A stretch of 53,345 nt of DNA from Dehalococcoidales bacterium (GTDB lineage Bacteria; Chloroflexota; Dehalococcoidia; Dehalococcoidales; RBG-16-60-22), in NCBI GenBank assembly GCA_016930185.1, contig JAFGHK010000008.1:1-53345 (forward strand). The letters run 5' to 3'. A program made the translations under genes and the position numbers. The notes under the pieces are model-generated. The model worked only from the letters and a program-made list of their open reading frames with translations, ran no database searches and had not been told where the DNA came from. The number at the start of each line of letters is the position of its first letter. Within the stretch, counting starts at the first letter, position 1. Shown one piece after another: positions 27,639 to 37,760 of the stretch.

Positions 27639-28067
27639 CTAACCGAACTTTATCCTCGGCAGGTCGGCCTCTTTCATGGTGTCGGCCATCGTCCAGAAAT
27701 AGGCTTCGCCGGTGTAAACCTGATAGATGGCCAGCAGGGGATTATCCGGCGTGGTAATGCCGAAGTTCTTGACGAAAGGTCTTTCCTCGAGGCACCTGGC
27801 CCTTATTTTTGCATCGGTGACGGGTCTGGTCTTGCCGGAAACGCGCATTACCTTGCTGAAATCCTTAGCCTGGAAGTAGATTTCTACCTTTGGATTTGCA
27901 TCAAGCTGCTTACTCACGGCCTTGACCGACTGCATCTGCAGATAAAAGCCGGTCTCGTCAGCGTACCACATGCCCATAGCCCTGACCCTCGGCTGGTCAC
28001 CCTCGGCGGTAGCCAGATAGCAGGTCTTGTTGTCGTTAGCGAATTTGATACAGTCTTTAAAGTCCAT
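27639..28067 (-). CDS. Pyridoxamine 5'-phosphate oxidase-like flavin-binding split-barrel protein
   Basis: YLATxEGDQPRVR, KxVxKQLxANPKVE, RVSG. Confidence 0.85.
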   Translation of the reverse strand: MDFKDCIKFANDNKTCYLATAEGDQPRVRAMGMWYADETGFYLQMQSVKAVSKQLDANPKVEIYFQAKDFSKVMRVSGKTRPVTDAKIRARCLEERPFVKNFGITTPDNPLLAIYQVYTGEAYFWTMADTMKEADLPRIKFG

Positions 28068-28091
28068 TTTTTCTCCTATTAGTACACGATT

Positions 28092-29666
28092 TTATTTTTT
28101 GGGGTTCCATCTCACGTCTTTATAGCGGTCTCTTATCTTGGGCTTTTCTATTTTGCCGGTGGGATTGCGCGGCACATCGCCGAAGAGGATGAGCCTGGGC
28201 CAGGCGTACTTGGGAAGCTTCGGCTCAAAATAAGCCCTAACTTGCTGCTCGGTCAGCTCAATACCCTCTTTAGGCTGGACGATGGCGGCAACAACCTCAC
28301 CGTACCTTTCGTCAGCTACACCGATAATCGCCACGTCCTTGACTTCCGGCTGGCCGATGAGCACCGATTCGAGGTCGACGGGATAGATGTTCTCGCCGCC
28401 GCTGATGATAAGGTCTTTCTTGCGGTCGATATAAGATATGAACCCCTCCTCGTCCTGCTTGACGAGGTCGCCTGTGTAGAGCCAGCCGTCTTTCAGCGTT
28501 TCGGCTGTCTTTTCCGGGTTTTTATAATAGCACTTCATTACATTGGCGCCGCTGATTATCATTTCGCCTACCGTGCCTGGAGGAACATCATTGCCTTTTT
28601 CGTCAACCACGCGGGCATCAAGGTTAAGCCTAGGATAGCCGAAGGAGCCGAGTTTATGCAGGTTTTCCAGTCCCAGGTGCATGCAGGGTCCCGAGGATTC
28701 GGTAAGACCGTAGTTTTCCTCGTACTGGATATCAGGGAAGAACTTGAGGAAACGCCTGACCAGCACCGGCGGGATAGGCTGGGCGCCGGAGTGGACCAGC
28801 CGCAGCGCACTTACATCGTAGTCGGACAGCTTGAGGTCGCCTCTATCAAGGGCGGTAACGATATCCTGCAACCACGGAACCAGCAGCATACTGATAGTGA
28901 CTTTTTCTTTACTGTATAATTCAAGAATCAGCTTGGCGGTTACTCTCTCGCCGCCGGTTGTCATGACGGCCCTGCCACCCCCCATGAGACTGCCGAACCA
29001 GTGCATCTTGCCGCCGGTATGGTAGAGGGGCTGGATGAGCAGGAAGCAGTCTTTGCGGTTTTCCCGGTGGGAGAAGTTTTCGTTCACGGCCGTGTGCTCA
29101 AGGCTGCTGTGGCATAAAAGGGTGGCCTTGGGGTCGCCGGTGGTGCCGGAGGTGAAGTATAAACCAGCTTCATCCTCGCCGGTCAATTGAATACCGGGAG
29201 CAAGCGGAGAAGCCTTAGCCAGCGCGTCCTCGAAAGGCTCCATGCCCTGCGGAAGATTATCACCGACGTATAAATATTGCTTGATAGTCTTAAGGTCTCC
29301 ACGGATTTCAGCAACTCTCTCCGAGAAACTCTCGTCGAGAACCATAATTTTCGGTTCTGCGATATCAATACAGTATTTAATCTGCCGGGCGATGAACCGG
29401 AAGTTCAGCGGCGCGGCAATAGCACCGGCTTTAAGGATGCCGAAATAGGCTTCCAGCCAGTTGAGCGAATTCATCATCAGGTGAACAACCACATCGCCCT
29501 TTTTAATACCGCGGTCGATAAGCGCGTTAGCGACGCGGTTAGCCCTTTCATCGAACTGTTTCCAGGTGAGTTCCTTTCTAAAGCCCGTACTGGGTGTGAT
29601 TTCTACAAGAGCGATAGAGTCGGGAGTCAGCCTGGCATTCCTGGCGAGTATCTCTGTGATGGTCAT
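28092..29666 (-). CDS. Acyl-CoA synthetase (class I adenylate-forming enzyme)
   Basis: YFTSGTTGDPKA, YGLTES, TGDL, DRKKDLIISGGENIYP, PRNPTGK. Confidence 0.93.
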   Translation of the reverse strand: MTITEILARNARLTPDSIALVEITPSTGFRKELTWKQFDERANRVANALIDRGIKKGDVVVHLMMNSLNWLEAYFGILKAGAIAAPLNFRFIARQIKYCIDIAEPKIMVLDESFSERVAEIRGDLKTIKQYLYVGDNLPQGMEPFEDALAKASPLAPGIQLTGEDEAGLYFTSGTTGDPKATLLCHSSLEHTAVNENFSHRENRKDCFLLIQPLYHTGGKMHWFGSLMGGGRAVMTTGGERVTAKLILELYSKEKVTISMLLVPWLQDIVTALDRGDLKLSDYDVSALRLVHSGAQPIPPVLVRRFLKFFPDIQYEENYGLTESSGPCMHLGLENLHKLGSFGYPRLNLDARVVDEKGNDVPPGTVGEMIISGANVMKCYYKNPEKTAETLKDGWLYTGDLVKQDEEGFISYIDRKKDLIISGGENIYPVDLESVLIGQPEVKDVAIIGVADERYGEVVAAIVQPKEGIELTEQQVRAYFEPKLPKYAWPRLILFGDVPRNPTGKIEKPKIRDRYKDVRWNPKK

Positions 29667-29805
29667 CGTCCGGCTCCTTTAAATCTAATTTGAAATATGA
29701 TATCCGGAGAGAAAAAGGCGCACCTGCGGTGAGTTAAAGCAAAGGAATAATTACTTATTGATTCAATCATCGAGCTGCTGTTTGAAAGCGAGACGAACAC
29801 CATTG

Positions 29806-29835
29806 ATTATAGTCTGTTTAATCGTAAAATGTCAA
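29806..29835 (-). promoter_or_regulatory. Promoter for the acyl-CoA synthetase operon
   Basis: TTGACA-18nt-TATAAT. Confidence 0.7.
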
Positions 29836-29846
29836 TTCGGTTAGCT

Positions 29847-29875
29847 TTGAGAGGTCTCTAATGCTGTGCTATAAT
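29847..29875 (+). promoter_or_regulatory. Promoter for prfA-prmC
   Basis: TTGAGA-17nt-TATAAT with extended TG. Confidence 0.7.
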
Positions 29876-29897
29876 TTTATAGAGGATAATACCAAAA

Positions 29898-30968
29898 ATG
29901 ATAGACCAACTCGATAAAATAGAAAAGCGCTACCGGGAAATCGACAGGAAGCTGTCACAGCCCGAAGTAGCCACCGATATCAACCAGGTACAGGCGCTAT
30001 CTCAAGAACGGGCCAAGCTTGAGGATGTCGTCCTTAAATACCGCCGATATAAAAAGGTCGTTAAAGAGCTTGACGACGTAAAGTCGATGAGCACCGGCGG
30101 AAACGACGAGGAAATGAGTTCTCTTATCAAGCAGGAGGACGCCGCTTTACAGGAAGAGCTGGACAAACTGACCGAAGAACTGCGTTTGGCTTTACTGCCC
30201 AAAGACCCCAACGACGAGAAGGATATCATCATGGAAATCAGGGCAGGCACGGGAGGCAACGAGGCGGCACTGTTTGCCGCCGACCTTTACCGCATGTACA
30301 GTCGCTACGCCCAAGGCCAGGGCTGGAAAACCGATATCATGAGCACCAGCGAAAGCGGGATAGGGGGCTTTAAGGAAATCATCTTCGAAGTGAGAGGCAA
30401 AAACGCGTACAGTCGGTTGAAATACGAAAGCGGCGTGCACCGGGTGCAGCGCGTGCCGGTTACCGAAGCATCCGGCAGAATTCATACCTCTACGGCTACG
30501 GTGGCCGTCCTGCCCAAGGCGGAAGAGGTGGATATAGACATCAACCCCGACGACCTGAAAATAGACGTTTTTCACAGCGGCGGGGCGGGGGGCCAGAACG
30601 TCAATAAGGTTGCCACGGCGATACGCGTCACGCACATGCCCACTGGTATGGTCGTCGTTTGCCAGGACGAGCGCTCCCAGCTGCAGAATAAAGTCAAGGC
30701 TCTGTCGGTTTTAAGAACGCGCCTGCTGGACATTGAGAGGAGCAAGCAGGAGGAAGAAATCACTTCCAAGCGCCGCTCGCAGGTAGGCACCGGGGAGCGC
30801 GCCGAAAAGATAAGGACATACAACTATCCGCAGGACCGAATATCCGACCACCGCGTCAATATCAACCTGCATAATCTGCCGCGCTTCATGGAAGGCGAAA
30901 TCGACGAGCTTGTAGACGCACTGGCAAGAGCCGAACACGAAAGACTGCTCGAGGAACAGAAGGGTTGA
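29898..30968 (+). CDS. prfA: Peptide chain release factor 1
   Basis: PVT anticodon-mimic motif (HRVQRVPVTE), GGQ, EKIRTYNYPQ. Confidence 0.98.
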   Translation: MIDQLDKIEKRYREIDRKLSQPEVATDINQVQALSQERAKLEDVVLKYRRYKKVVKELDDVKSMSTGGNDEEMSSLIKQEDAALQEELDKLTEELRLALLPKDPNDEKDIIMEIRAGTGGNEAALFAADLYRMYSRYAQGQGWKTDIMSTSESGIGGFKEIIFEVRGKNAYSRLKYESGVHRVQRVPVTEASGRIHTSTATVAVLPKAEEVDIDINPDDLKIDVFHSGGAGGQNVNKVATAIRVTHMPTGMVVVCQDERSQLQNKVKALSVLRTRLLDIERSKQEEEITSKRRSQVGTGERAEKIRTYNYPQDRISDHRVNINLHNLPRFMEGEIDELVDALARAEHERLLEEQKG

Positions 30969-31810
30969 ATATCAAACAGGCGCTGTTTCGAGCCAAGATG
31001 CTCCTCGCAGGAAATAATATCGAAGATGCTTCAATCGAAAGCGAAGTCCTTTTGGGGTATGTACTGGGAATAGACCGCGCCCGCCTGTTAGCTTCTCTCG
31101 ATGCCGATATAAGTCCTGAACAGAGACAAAATTTCATGAAACTCGTTGCAAGGAGGTCAAAGGGCGAACCAACGGCTTATATCACGGGACACCGCGAGTT
31201 CTACGGACTTGATTTTAACGTCAACCCCCAAGTTTTGATACCACGCCCCGAGACCGAACTGCTGGTGGATAGAGCTATCAGCCTGTGCCGCGAATATAAG
31301 TACAACAAGATAGCCGATATAGGGACGGGCTGCGGGGCGATTGCCGTAAGCCTGGCAGTTACTATGCCTGGCATACATATTTACGCTACCGATATATCCG
31401 ATGGAGTTTTGAGGGTAGCCGGGCAAAACGCTGCAAAACACGGCGCAGAAGATAGAATTAAGTTTTTAAAGGGCGAGCTGCTGGAGCCTCTCCAGGAGCC
31501 TGTAGATTTGATAATAGCCAATCTGCCGTACGTAAGGCAAAGGGAAATACCTGCAAAAGGGCCTTTGAGCTATGAACCTGCAAGCGCTCTGAACGGTGGT
31601 GAAGAGGGGCTGGATAAGATAGGGGGGTTATGCCGTGGGGTGGGGAGCAAGCTTAATAGCAACGGGAGCCTGCTACTGGAAATAGGGCAGGGCCAGGGAG
31701 AGGCGGTAAAGGTTATTTTACATAAATATTTTCCTCTGGCAGATATTGAAATTGAAAAAGACCTTGCCGGCATCGAACGCATGGTCGTTCTACGTTTGAC
31801 ACAGTACTGA
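30965..31810 (+). CDS. prmC: Release factor glutamine methyltransferase
   Basis: GEPxAYITG, LIPRPETE, DIGTGCG, NLPY. Overlaps the prfA stop. Confidence 0.96.
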   Translation: MNIKQALFRAKMLLAGNNIEDASIESEVLLGYVLGIDRARLLASLDADISPEQRQNFMKLVARRSKGEPTAYITGHREFYGLDFNVNPQVLIPRPETELLVDRAISLCREYKYNKIADIGTGCGAIAVSLAVTMPGIHIYATDISDGVLRVAGQNAAKHGAEDRIKFLKGELLEPLQEPVDLIIANLPYVRQREIPAKGPLSYEPASALNGGEEGLDKIGGLCRGVGSKLNSNGSLLLEIGQGQGEAVKVILHKYFPLADIEIEKDLAGIERMVVLRLTQY

Positions 31811-31860
31811 ATTCAATGATAAATTAAGTCTGAATCCCAGAGCATTTTAAGCAAAGGACT

Positions 31861-32652
31861 ATGCCAATGAATATAATCGTGTGCGTAAAACAGGTCATCG
31901 ACCCGGAGGCTCCGCCAGCCAGCTTTAAGATAGATACGGAGCATAATAAAGCGGATATGCACGGCGCGCCGCCGGTTATCGACCCTTACGGAGAGTACGC
32001 CGTCGAGGCGGCTTTACGCCTCAAGGAAGCTAATGGTGGAACGATTACAATAATGGTAATGGGTGTAAACCTGCTGCGAGAGGTCGTTAAGAAACCCCTA
32101 GCCATGGGCGCCGACGAGCTTATTCTACTTGAGGACGAGGCATTTACTAAAGGCGATGGGTGGTCGACAGCCCAAGCACTCGCCCTGGCGATTAAAAAGA
32201 AGGGGGATTACGACCTCATTTTGTGCGGCCGGGAGGCATCCGATACCAACGCAGGGCAGACAGGCCTTGCCATTGCTGAAATCCTCGGACTGTCCTGTAT
32301 CAACCTGGCGCGCAAGATTGAAGTCGCTGATAGTACACTTAAAGTAGAGAGAGTTAATTTATCCGGATATGACGTTATCGAATCAAGCCTGCCAGCGGTT
32401 ATAACTATAAGCAATGAAGTCGGCGAGCCGCGCTATCCTACGATTAAAGGGATTATGGCGGCTAAGAAAATTGAGCCGGTTATCTGGAAGCCTAACGATA
32501 TAGGGCTTGATGCACATGCCAGTGTCAAGACGAAACTACACAGGCTCTTCCAGCCGGTCCACGAAGGCAAATGCGAATTTGCCGAAGGAGATACAGAGGA
32601 GGAAATGGCTGTAAACCTGGCAAACAAACTTAGAGAGTCGAAGACAATATAG
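31861..32652 (+). CDS. etfB: Electron transfer flavoprotein beta subunit
   Basis: IIVCVKQV, LAMGAD, CGxxASDxxxGQ, EPRYP. Confidence 0.95.
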   Translation: MPMNIIVCVKQVIDPEAPPASFKIDTEHNKADMHGAPPVIDPYGEYAVEAALRLKEANGGTITIMVMGVNLLREVVKKPLAMGADELILLEDEAFTKGDGWSTAQALALAIKKKGDYDLILCGREASDTNAGQTGLAIAEILGLSCINLARKIEVADSTLKVERVNLSGYDVIESSLPAVITISNEVGEPRYPTIKGIMAAKKIEPVIWKPNDIGLDAHASVKTKLHRLFQPVHEGKCEFAEGDTEEEMAVNLANKLRESKTI

Positions 32653-32669
32653 AGTATTTGAGGTGACTG

Positions 32670-33671
32670 ATGATGTCAGATAATACAGGCGTAGCTGTTT
32701 ACTGTGAAATAAAAGATGATAAAATCATGCCCATCGCCGCCGAAGGCCTGGGTGTCGGGAGGAAGCTGGCGGACAGTCTCGGGCAGGAACTTGCGGCCGT
32801 CATACTGGGCAGCGGGGTGGGGACTTACGCTCAACAGGCTATTGAGTATGGGGCAGATAAGGTGTACGTTGTCGATGATGCGCAGGTTAAGGAATATCAG
32901 CCTGATGTTTACGTAAGCGTTCTGGAGAATGCGGCTAAAAAGATTAAGCCTCAAATAGTAATTATGGGGCAGACCGACGCCGGGCGCGAGATTGCCCCCA
33001 GGATGGCTTACCGTTTGGAAACAGCAGCTATATTAGACTGTGTTGACCTCGATATCGATTCTGATACAAAAAGATTGCTGCAGACCAAGCCTGTGTACGG
33101 GGGCAATGCCCAGGCGGTCTTTGTCAACGAGACCGACCCCCAGATAGCAACCATACGCACCAAGGCCATGGAAGCCCTTGAACCGGACGCCTCCCGCAAA
33201 GGGGAGGTGGTGAATATACCGGCGGAAATCGATGCTGCTGCTTTAAAAACTAAGATAGTGCAGAGAGTAGCGGAGGAAGTAGCCGGCATTAAAATAGAAG
33301 ACGCGTCGATAGTCGTTTCCGGAGGCAGGGGCATCGGCAGCGTGGAAGGATTCAAGCAGCTTGAAGAGCTGGCAACACTGATGAAAGGCGCCTTAGGCGC
33401 CAGCAGGCCCCCCTGCGATAACAACTGGATACCTGAAACGGCACAGGTTGGACTGACGGGTAAAATCATCGCGCCGGATGTCTATATTGCTGTGGCGATA
33501 TCAGGCTCCAGCCAGCACATGAGCGGCTGTTCCGGCGCCAAGACGATTGTGGCGATTAACAAGGACAAGGAAGCCAATATCTTCCGCTACGCGAGGTACG
33601 GGGTGGTGGGGGACTGGAAAAAGGTGCTGCCGGCGTTTACCGAGAAGCTTAAGGAACTGATGGCTTCTTAA
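32670..33671 (+). CDS. etfA: Electron transfer flavoprotein alpha subunit
   Basis: VSGGRG, GASRP, QVGLTG, ISGSSQH, AINKD. Confidence 0.95.
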   Translation: MMSDNTGVAVYCEIKDDKIMPIAAEGLGVGRKLADSLGQELAAVILGSGVGTYAQQAIEYGADKVYVVDDAQVKEYQPDVYVSVLENAAKKIKPQIVIMGQTDAGREIAPRMAYRLETAAILDCVDLDIDSDTKRLLQTKPVYGGNAQAVFVNETDPQIATIRTKAMEALEPDASRKGEVVNIPAEIDAAALKTKIVQRVAEEVAGIKIEDASIVVSGGRGIGSVEGFKQLEELATLMKGALGASRPPCDNNWIPETAQVGLTGKIIAPDVYIAVAISGSSQHMSGCSGAKTIVAINKDKEANIFRYARYGVVGDWKKVLPAFTEKLKELMAS

Positions 33672-33694
33672 ATTATTCTCACTTACCAAAAATT

Positions 33695-33729
33695 AATGAC
33701 GCCCTGGAAAACCGGGGCGTCATTGTTTT
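33695..33729. terminator. Bidirectional intrinsic terminator between etfA and the EF-G-like gene
   Basis: AATGACGCCCTGG-AAAA-CCGGGGCGTCATT followed by GTTTT. Confidence 0.85.
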
Positions 33730-33747
33730 ATTAAGCTAAATATAAGG

Positions 33748-35802
33748 CTAGCTCTTTTCTTCCTTTTCCGCCTGTTTCTGGGCTACAAGCTTCTGGGTAA
33801 TGGTTGCGGGGACCTCCTCATAATGGTCGAACTCCATGGTATAGGTAGCACGGCCCTGCGTCATCGATTTAAGGTCGATACTGTAGCGCTGGACTTCCGC
33901 CAGGGGCACCTGCGCCTCAATGACATTGGTGTCGCCCTCCGGGTTCATGCCCAGCACACGGGCGCGCTTGGTATTGAGGTCGCCGATGATATCCCCGGTA
34001 AGGTCGTTGGGGACAGTCACCTTGAGATTCATGATAGGTTCCAGCATGATAGGCTGTCCCCCCGCCAGGCCTTTTTTGAATGCCCCGGCCCCGGCTATTT
34101 TAAAACATATTTCTGAAGAATCGACCTGGTGAAAGCTGCCGTCGTAGAGGGTGGCTTTAACGCCGATAACCGGGTACCCGGCCAGACAGCCTTCGGAGTA
34201 GGCCTCCACCACTCCCTTTTCCACGGCCGGAATGTAGTTCTTGGGCACTGACCCACCGACGATTCTATCGGCGAACTCGTTATCGCCACGTTCAGGCAGC
34301 GGCTCAAGCTCAAGTAAAACGTGACCGTACTGCCCGTGACCGCCGGACTGTTTCTTGTGCTTATATTCGGCCTTTGACGACGCCGTGATTGTCTCGCGGT
34401 AGGGGACTTTAGGAATCGTCAGCTCAACATTCACGCCGAACTTGCGCTGCATTTTTTCCGCCGCTACGGAAAGGTGGGTATCCCCCATGCCGGAAAGAAT
34501 GGTCTCGCCGGTGCCCAGTTCACGGTGCACATCAAGGGTGGGGTCTTCTTCCGTAAGGCGGGACAGCGCCGAACTCATTTTATCGATATCAGCTTTACTC
34601 TTAGGATGCACGGCTTCACGGAAAATAGGGGTGGGGAACTTGACGGGGGTAAGTTTTACCTGCTTTTCCTGGGCGCACAAAGTATCTCCGGTGACGGTGA
34701 CATTCAGCTTGGCAACCGCCCCGATATCACCGGCCCTGACTTCCGCGGCTGGCTCCTGTGTTTTGCCTCTCATGAAATACAACTGCCCGATACGCTCGCC
34801 GGCGTTCCGGGTGGAATTGAATACCTGCGAGTTGCTGGTGAAAACACCGTTATAAACACGGAAATAAGTCAATTTGCCGACATAGGGGTCGGCCGTAGTT
34901 TTGAAAACGAGCGCCGCCAGAGGGGCAGTTTCCGACGGCTCAACGGCTCCGCCTGCAGCGGCTACTTTTTGCTCTCCGGGCAGGGGCAGGTAATTGTATA
35001 TGGCGTCAAGCACACGGTCGACGGCTATATTAAGTAATGCCGAACCTGCCAGTATAGGCACGATTTTGCCGCTAATTACGCCCAGTCGCAGAGTCTTGGT
35101 GAATTCTTCTTGAGTAATTTCCTCGCCGCCGAGATATTTCTCGATGAGCTTATCATCCAGCTCGGCGATGGACTCTACAAGCTTTTCCCGGTACGAGTCC
35201 ACCCGGTCTTTCAGTTCCGCAGGGATTTCAGCTTCCCTGGACGGCGAACCGGTATAGGCCTTCATCGCAAGCAGGTCAACCACGCCTTTGAAACCGGACT
35301 GGGCCCCGATAGCTACCTGTAAGGGGCGGCATTTTTTACCGAGCTTAGCCTGAATATCTTCAACTACTTTAAAAAAGTCAGCGTTCTCACGGTCCATCTT
35401 GTTGATATATATCAGCCTCGGCAATTTGGCTTCTTCGCAGTAGCCCCAGACCATCTCGGTGCCGACTTCCACGCCAGAGGCGGCGCATACGGCGACAACA
35501 GCCCCCTCGCTGACGCGCATGCCAGCTTTTACCTCACCTACGAAGTCGGTATATCCGGGGGCATCGATGATGTTTAGTTTACGCTCCTTCCAGTTTAAAG
35601 GCAGTAAAGATAGATTTATGCTGATGCGCCGCTTGGCTTCATCGGGGTCATAATCGGATACCGTCGAACCGTCATCGACTTTGCCCAAGCGCTTGACCAC
35701 GCCGGCATTGAAAAGCATCGCCTCGGAAAGCGAAGTCTTCCCGGCACCGCCATGGGACAACAATACTACATTATGAATATTACCAAGTCCGTATTTAGGC
35801 AT
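33748..35802 (-). CDS. Elongation factor G paralog (EF-G II type)
   Basis: Full five-domain EF-G: HGGAGKT, RRISI, DAPGY, NKMD, KHKKQSGGHGQYG. Not next to rpsG/tuf. Confidence 0.93.
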   Translation of the reverse strand: MPKYGLGNIHNVVLLSHGGAGKTSLSEAMLFNAGVVKRLGKVDDGSTVSDYDPDEAKRRISINLSLLPLNWKERKLNIIDAPGYTDFVGEVKAGMRVSEGAVVAVCAASGVEVGTEMVWGYCEEAKLPRLIYINKMDRENADFFKVVEDIQAKLGKKCRPLQVAIGAQSGFKGVVDLLAMKAYTGSPSREAEIPAELKDRVDSYREKLVESIAELDDKLIEKYLGGEEITQEEFTKTLRLGVISGKIVPILAGSALLNIAVDRVLDAIYNYLPLPGEQKVAAAGGAVEPSETAPLAALVFKTTADPYVGKLTYFRVYNGVFTSNSQVFNSTRNAGERIGQLYFMRGKTQEPAAEVRAGDIGAVAKLNVTVTGDTLCAQEKQVKLTPVKFPTPIFREAVHPKSKADIDKMSSALSRLTEEDPTLDVHRELGTGETILSGMGDTHLSVAAEKMQRKFGVNVELTIPKVPYRETITASSKAEYKHKKQSGGHGQYGHVLLELEPLPERGDNEFADRIVGGSVPKNYIPAVEKGVVEAYSEGCLAGYPVIGVKATLYDGSFHQVDSSEICFKIAGAGAFKKGLAGGQPIMLEPIMNLKVTVPNDLTGDIIGDLNTKRARVLGMNPEGDTNVIEAQVPLAEVQRYSIDLKSMTQGRATYTMEFDHYEEVPATITQKLVAQKQAEKEEKS

Positions 35803-35835
35803 GAAATCACCTGCTCTCTAGATTCTTCGATTATC

Positions 35836-35865
35836 ATTATAACCGCAGTCGGTCGAACACGGCAA
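35836..35865 (-). promoter_or_regulatory. Promoter for the EF-G paralog
   Basis: TTGCCG-18nt-TATAAT. Confidence 0.55.
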
Positions 35866-35909
35866 GCGTGCATACGGTATGAGACGCGGCCTAACAGTGA
35901 GGTTATTTA

Positions 35910-36497
35910 TTACTTTCCGAAACTGTCCTTAGATACAATCTCGGACAGTTCTTTACGCGGCGGCGCTTTGCCTTCATGTTCGGGCACGCCGAGAGGGAAC
36001 AGAGTGACGGCGCGGTATCCCTCGGGCACGTTCAATATCTTTTCTACTTGAGGCGCGTCAAAGGCGCCTATGATTACTGTCCCAAGGCCCTGCGCATGGG
36101 CGGCCAAGACCATATTCTGCACGGCCAGGGCGACATCGAACATAAACCAGTCGCCTTTATCCGTCACGTATTCAGGTTTACCGCCGGGCGTACCATGACC
36201 GGCGCCGGCACTACCGATTCTGGCGCAGACAACTATAATAACGGGGACATTATTCATAGCCCCAGAAGCCGGATTCGGCACTTCCTTATCCGGCAGCTTG
36301 ATTTTCTTCAACGTATCGGCTATTTTTGCCTTCACCGCAGCGTCACGGACGACCACAAAACGCCAGCACTGGGTATTGCCCCAGGAAGGCGCCCAGCGCC
36401 CGGCATCTAAAATCGTCTCTATTTTTTTGTCGTCAACGGGGTCGGTTTTATAGCGTCTGATGCTTCTACGACTTTTGATAGCTTCAAATAAATCCAT
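35910..36497 (-). CDS. Nitroreductase family protein
   Basis: RRSIRRY, APSWGNxQCW, QNMVLAAxAxGLGT. Confidence 0.93.
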   Translation of the reverse strand: MDLFEAIKSRRSIRRYKTDPVDDKKIETILDAGRWAPSWGNTQCWRFVVVRDAAVKAKIADTLKKIKLPDKEVPNPASGAMNNVPVIIVVCARIGSAGAGHGTPGGKPEYVTDKGDWFMFDVALAVQNMVLAAHAQGLGTVIIGAFDAPQVEKILNVPEGYRAVTLFPLGVPEHEGKAPPRKELSEIVSKDSFGK

Positions 36498-36517
36498 ATG
36501 TTCTTCCTATCTATTAT

Positions 36518-37087
36518 TTAAAATTTTTCCATAAATATTACTTCGGACAGTTTTTTGCGTGGGGATACCTGGCCTTTACCGGCGGGCACGCCCAGAGGCG
36601 TCATGGTGACTGCGGTACAGTCGCCGGTCACGCCGATTATTTTTTCTACTCTGGCAACATCAAAGCCGCCGACGATTACCGTACCCAGTCCCAGGGCGTG
36701 GGCGGCAAGGGTAAGGTTTTGCATCGCCAGGGCGATATCGAACATGTACCAGTACTCTCCCTTCTCGTTAAGAAGGGCTCCATCGCCGCTGCGGCCGGCC
36801 CCACTTTTTTCGGCGCATACAACGATTAACACGGGGGCATGCCTGATGGAAAGGGCAGCGGCGTTTTCTACCCATTCGCTATCAACACTCACTTTAGCGA
36901 GTGTATCGGCAACCGCGGACCTGGTCCTGGGGTCGCGTACCACGACAAAGCGCCAGCACTGCTGATTGCCCCAGGAAGGGGCCCAATGGGCAGCTTCGAG
37001 GACTTTCTCGACAGTCTTGTCATCGACGGGGTCGGGCTTATAATGCCGGATGCTTCTCCTGTTTTTAATAGCTTCAAAGATATCCAT
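36518..37087 (-). CDS. Nitroreductase family protein (tandem paralog)
   Basis: RRSIRHY, APSWGNxQCW, QNLTLAAHALGLGT. Confidence 0.93.
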   Translation of the reverse strand: MDIFEAIKNRRSIRHYKPDPVDDKTVEKVLEAAHWAPSWGNQQCWRFVVVRDPRTRSAVADTLAKVSVDSEWVENAAALSIRHAPVLIVVCAEKSGAGRSGDGALLNEKGEYWYMFDIALAMQNLTLAAHALGLGTVIVGGFDVARVEKIIGVTGDCTAVTMTPLGVPAGKGQVSPRKKLSEVIFMEKF

Positions 37088-37109
37088 TCTCTCCCTCCGT
37101 ATTAAAAGG

Positions 37110-37751
37110 TTAATTTTCCCAGGCGCCTTTGCCGATTAAGGCGACAAAGCGGCAGCCGCCGAGTTTTTCAACGCGGTTCTTATCTTTTTGCCGGGTCACT
37201 TTATAAAGCTCCTGGACATAGCGCGAGCCAGCCGGTATGACCATCCGCCCGTCGATAGACAACTGCGAAAGCAGGTCGACGGGTATATCGGGCGCGCCGG
37301 CGGTAACCATGATGGCATCGTAAGGCGCTCTTTCCGGCCAGCCTAGTGTTTCTTCAGCTATATATATTTCAATATTTTCATAGCCAAGGCTGCCCAAGAC
37401 TTCCCGCGCCGACTCCGCCAGGGCAGGCACGCGTTCCACGGAAATAACCGTGTCAGCCAGCTCGGCTAGGATAGCCGTCTGATAGCCGCTGCCAGTGCCT
37501 ATCTCCAGCACCTTTTCATTCCCCTTAAGCTCCAGCGCCTCCGTCATCAGAGCGATGATGTAGGGCTGGGATATTGTCTGTTCGTAGCCGATAGGCAGCG
37601 GGCCGTCTTCATAAGCCAGGTATCGGTTTTCCCGGGGTACGAATTGCTCGCGCGGTATATGCGACATGGCGGCCAGGACCCGCGTATCATTTATTTCCGC
37701 AGCAAGTTGCTTTGTCATTCCGGCTCTTGCCGTCGCGTAGTCCTTCATCAA
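37110..37751 (-). CDS. pcm: Protein-L-isoaspartate O-methyltransferase
   Basis: QTISQPY, VLEIGTGSGYQ, APYDAI, CRFV. Confidence 0.96.
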   Translation of the reverse strand: MMKDYATARAGMTKQLAAEINDTRVLAAMSHIPREQFVPRENRYLAYEDGPLPIGYEQTISQPYIIALMTEALELKGNEKVLEIGTGSGYQTAILAELADTVISVERVPALAESAREVLGSLGYENIEIYIAEETLGWPERAPYDAIMVTAGAPDIPVDLLSQLSIDGRMVIPAGSRYVQELYKVTRQKDKNRVEKLGGCRFVALIGKGAWEN

Positions 37752-37760
37752 ACTGTAAAG

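Noticed and set aside
28242-28919. 225-aa ORF antisense to the acyl-CoA synthetase
   Set aside because: Shadow ORF on the opposite strand of a well-supported gene.
29663-29803. 46-codon minus-strand uORF ending on the acyl-CoA synthetase start, with a fluoride-riboswitch-like AUGGUGUUCG start
   Set aside because: The ATG is only 2 nt from the -10 box, so it is probably not transcribed. The P1 and pseudoknot partners of the fluoride aptamer are missing.
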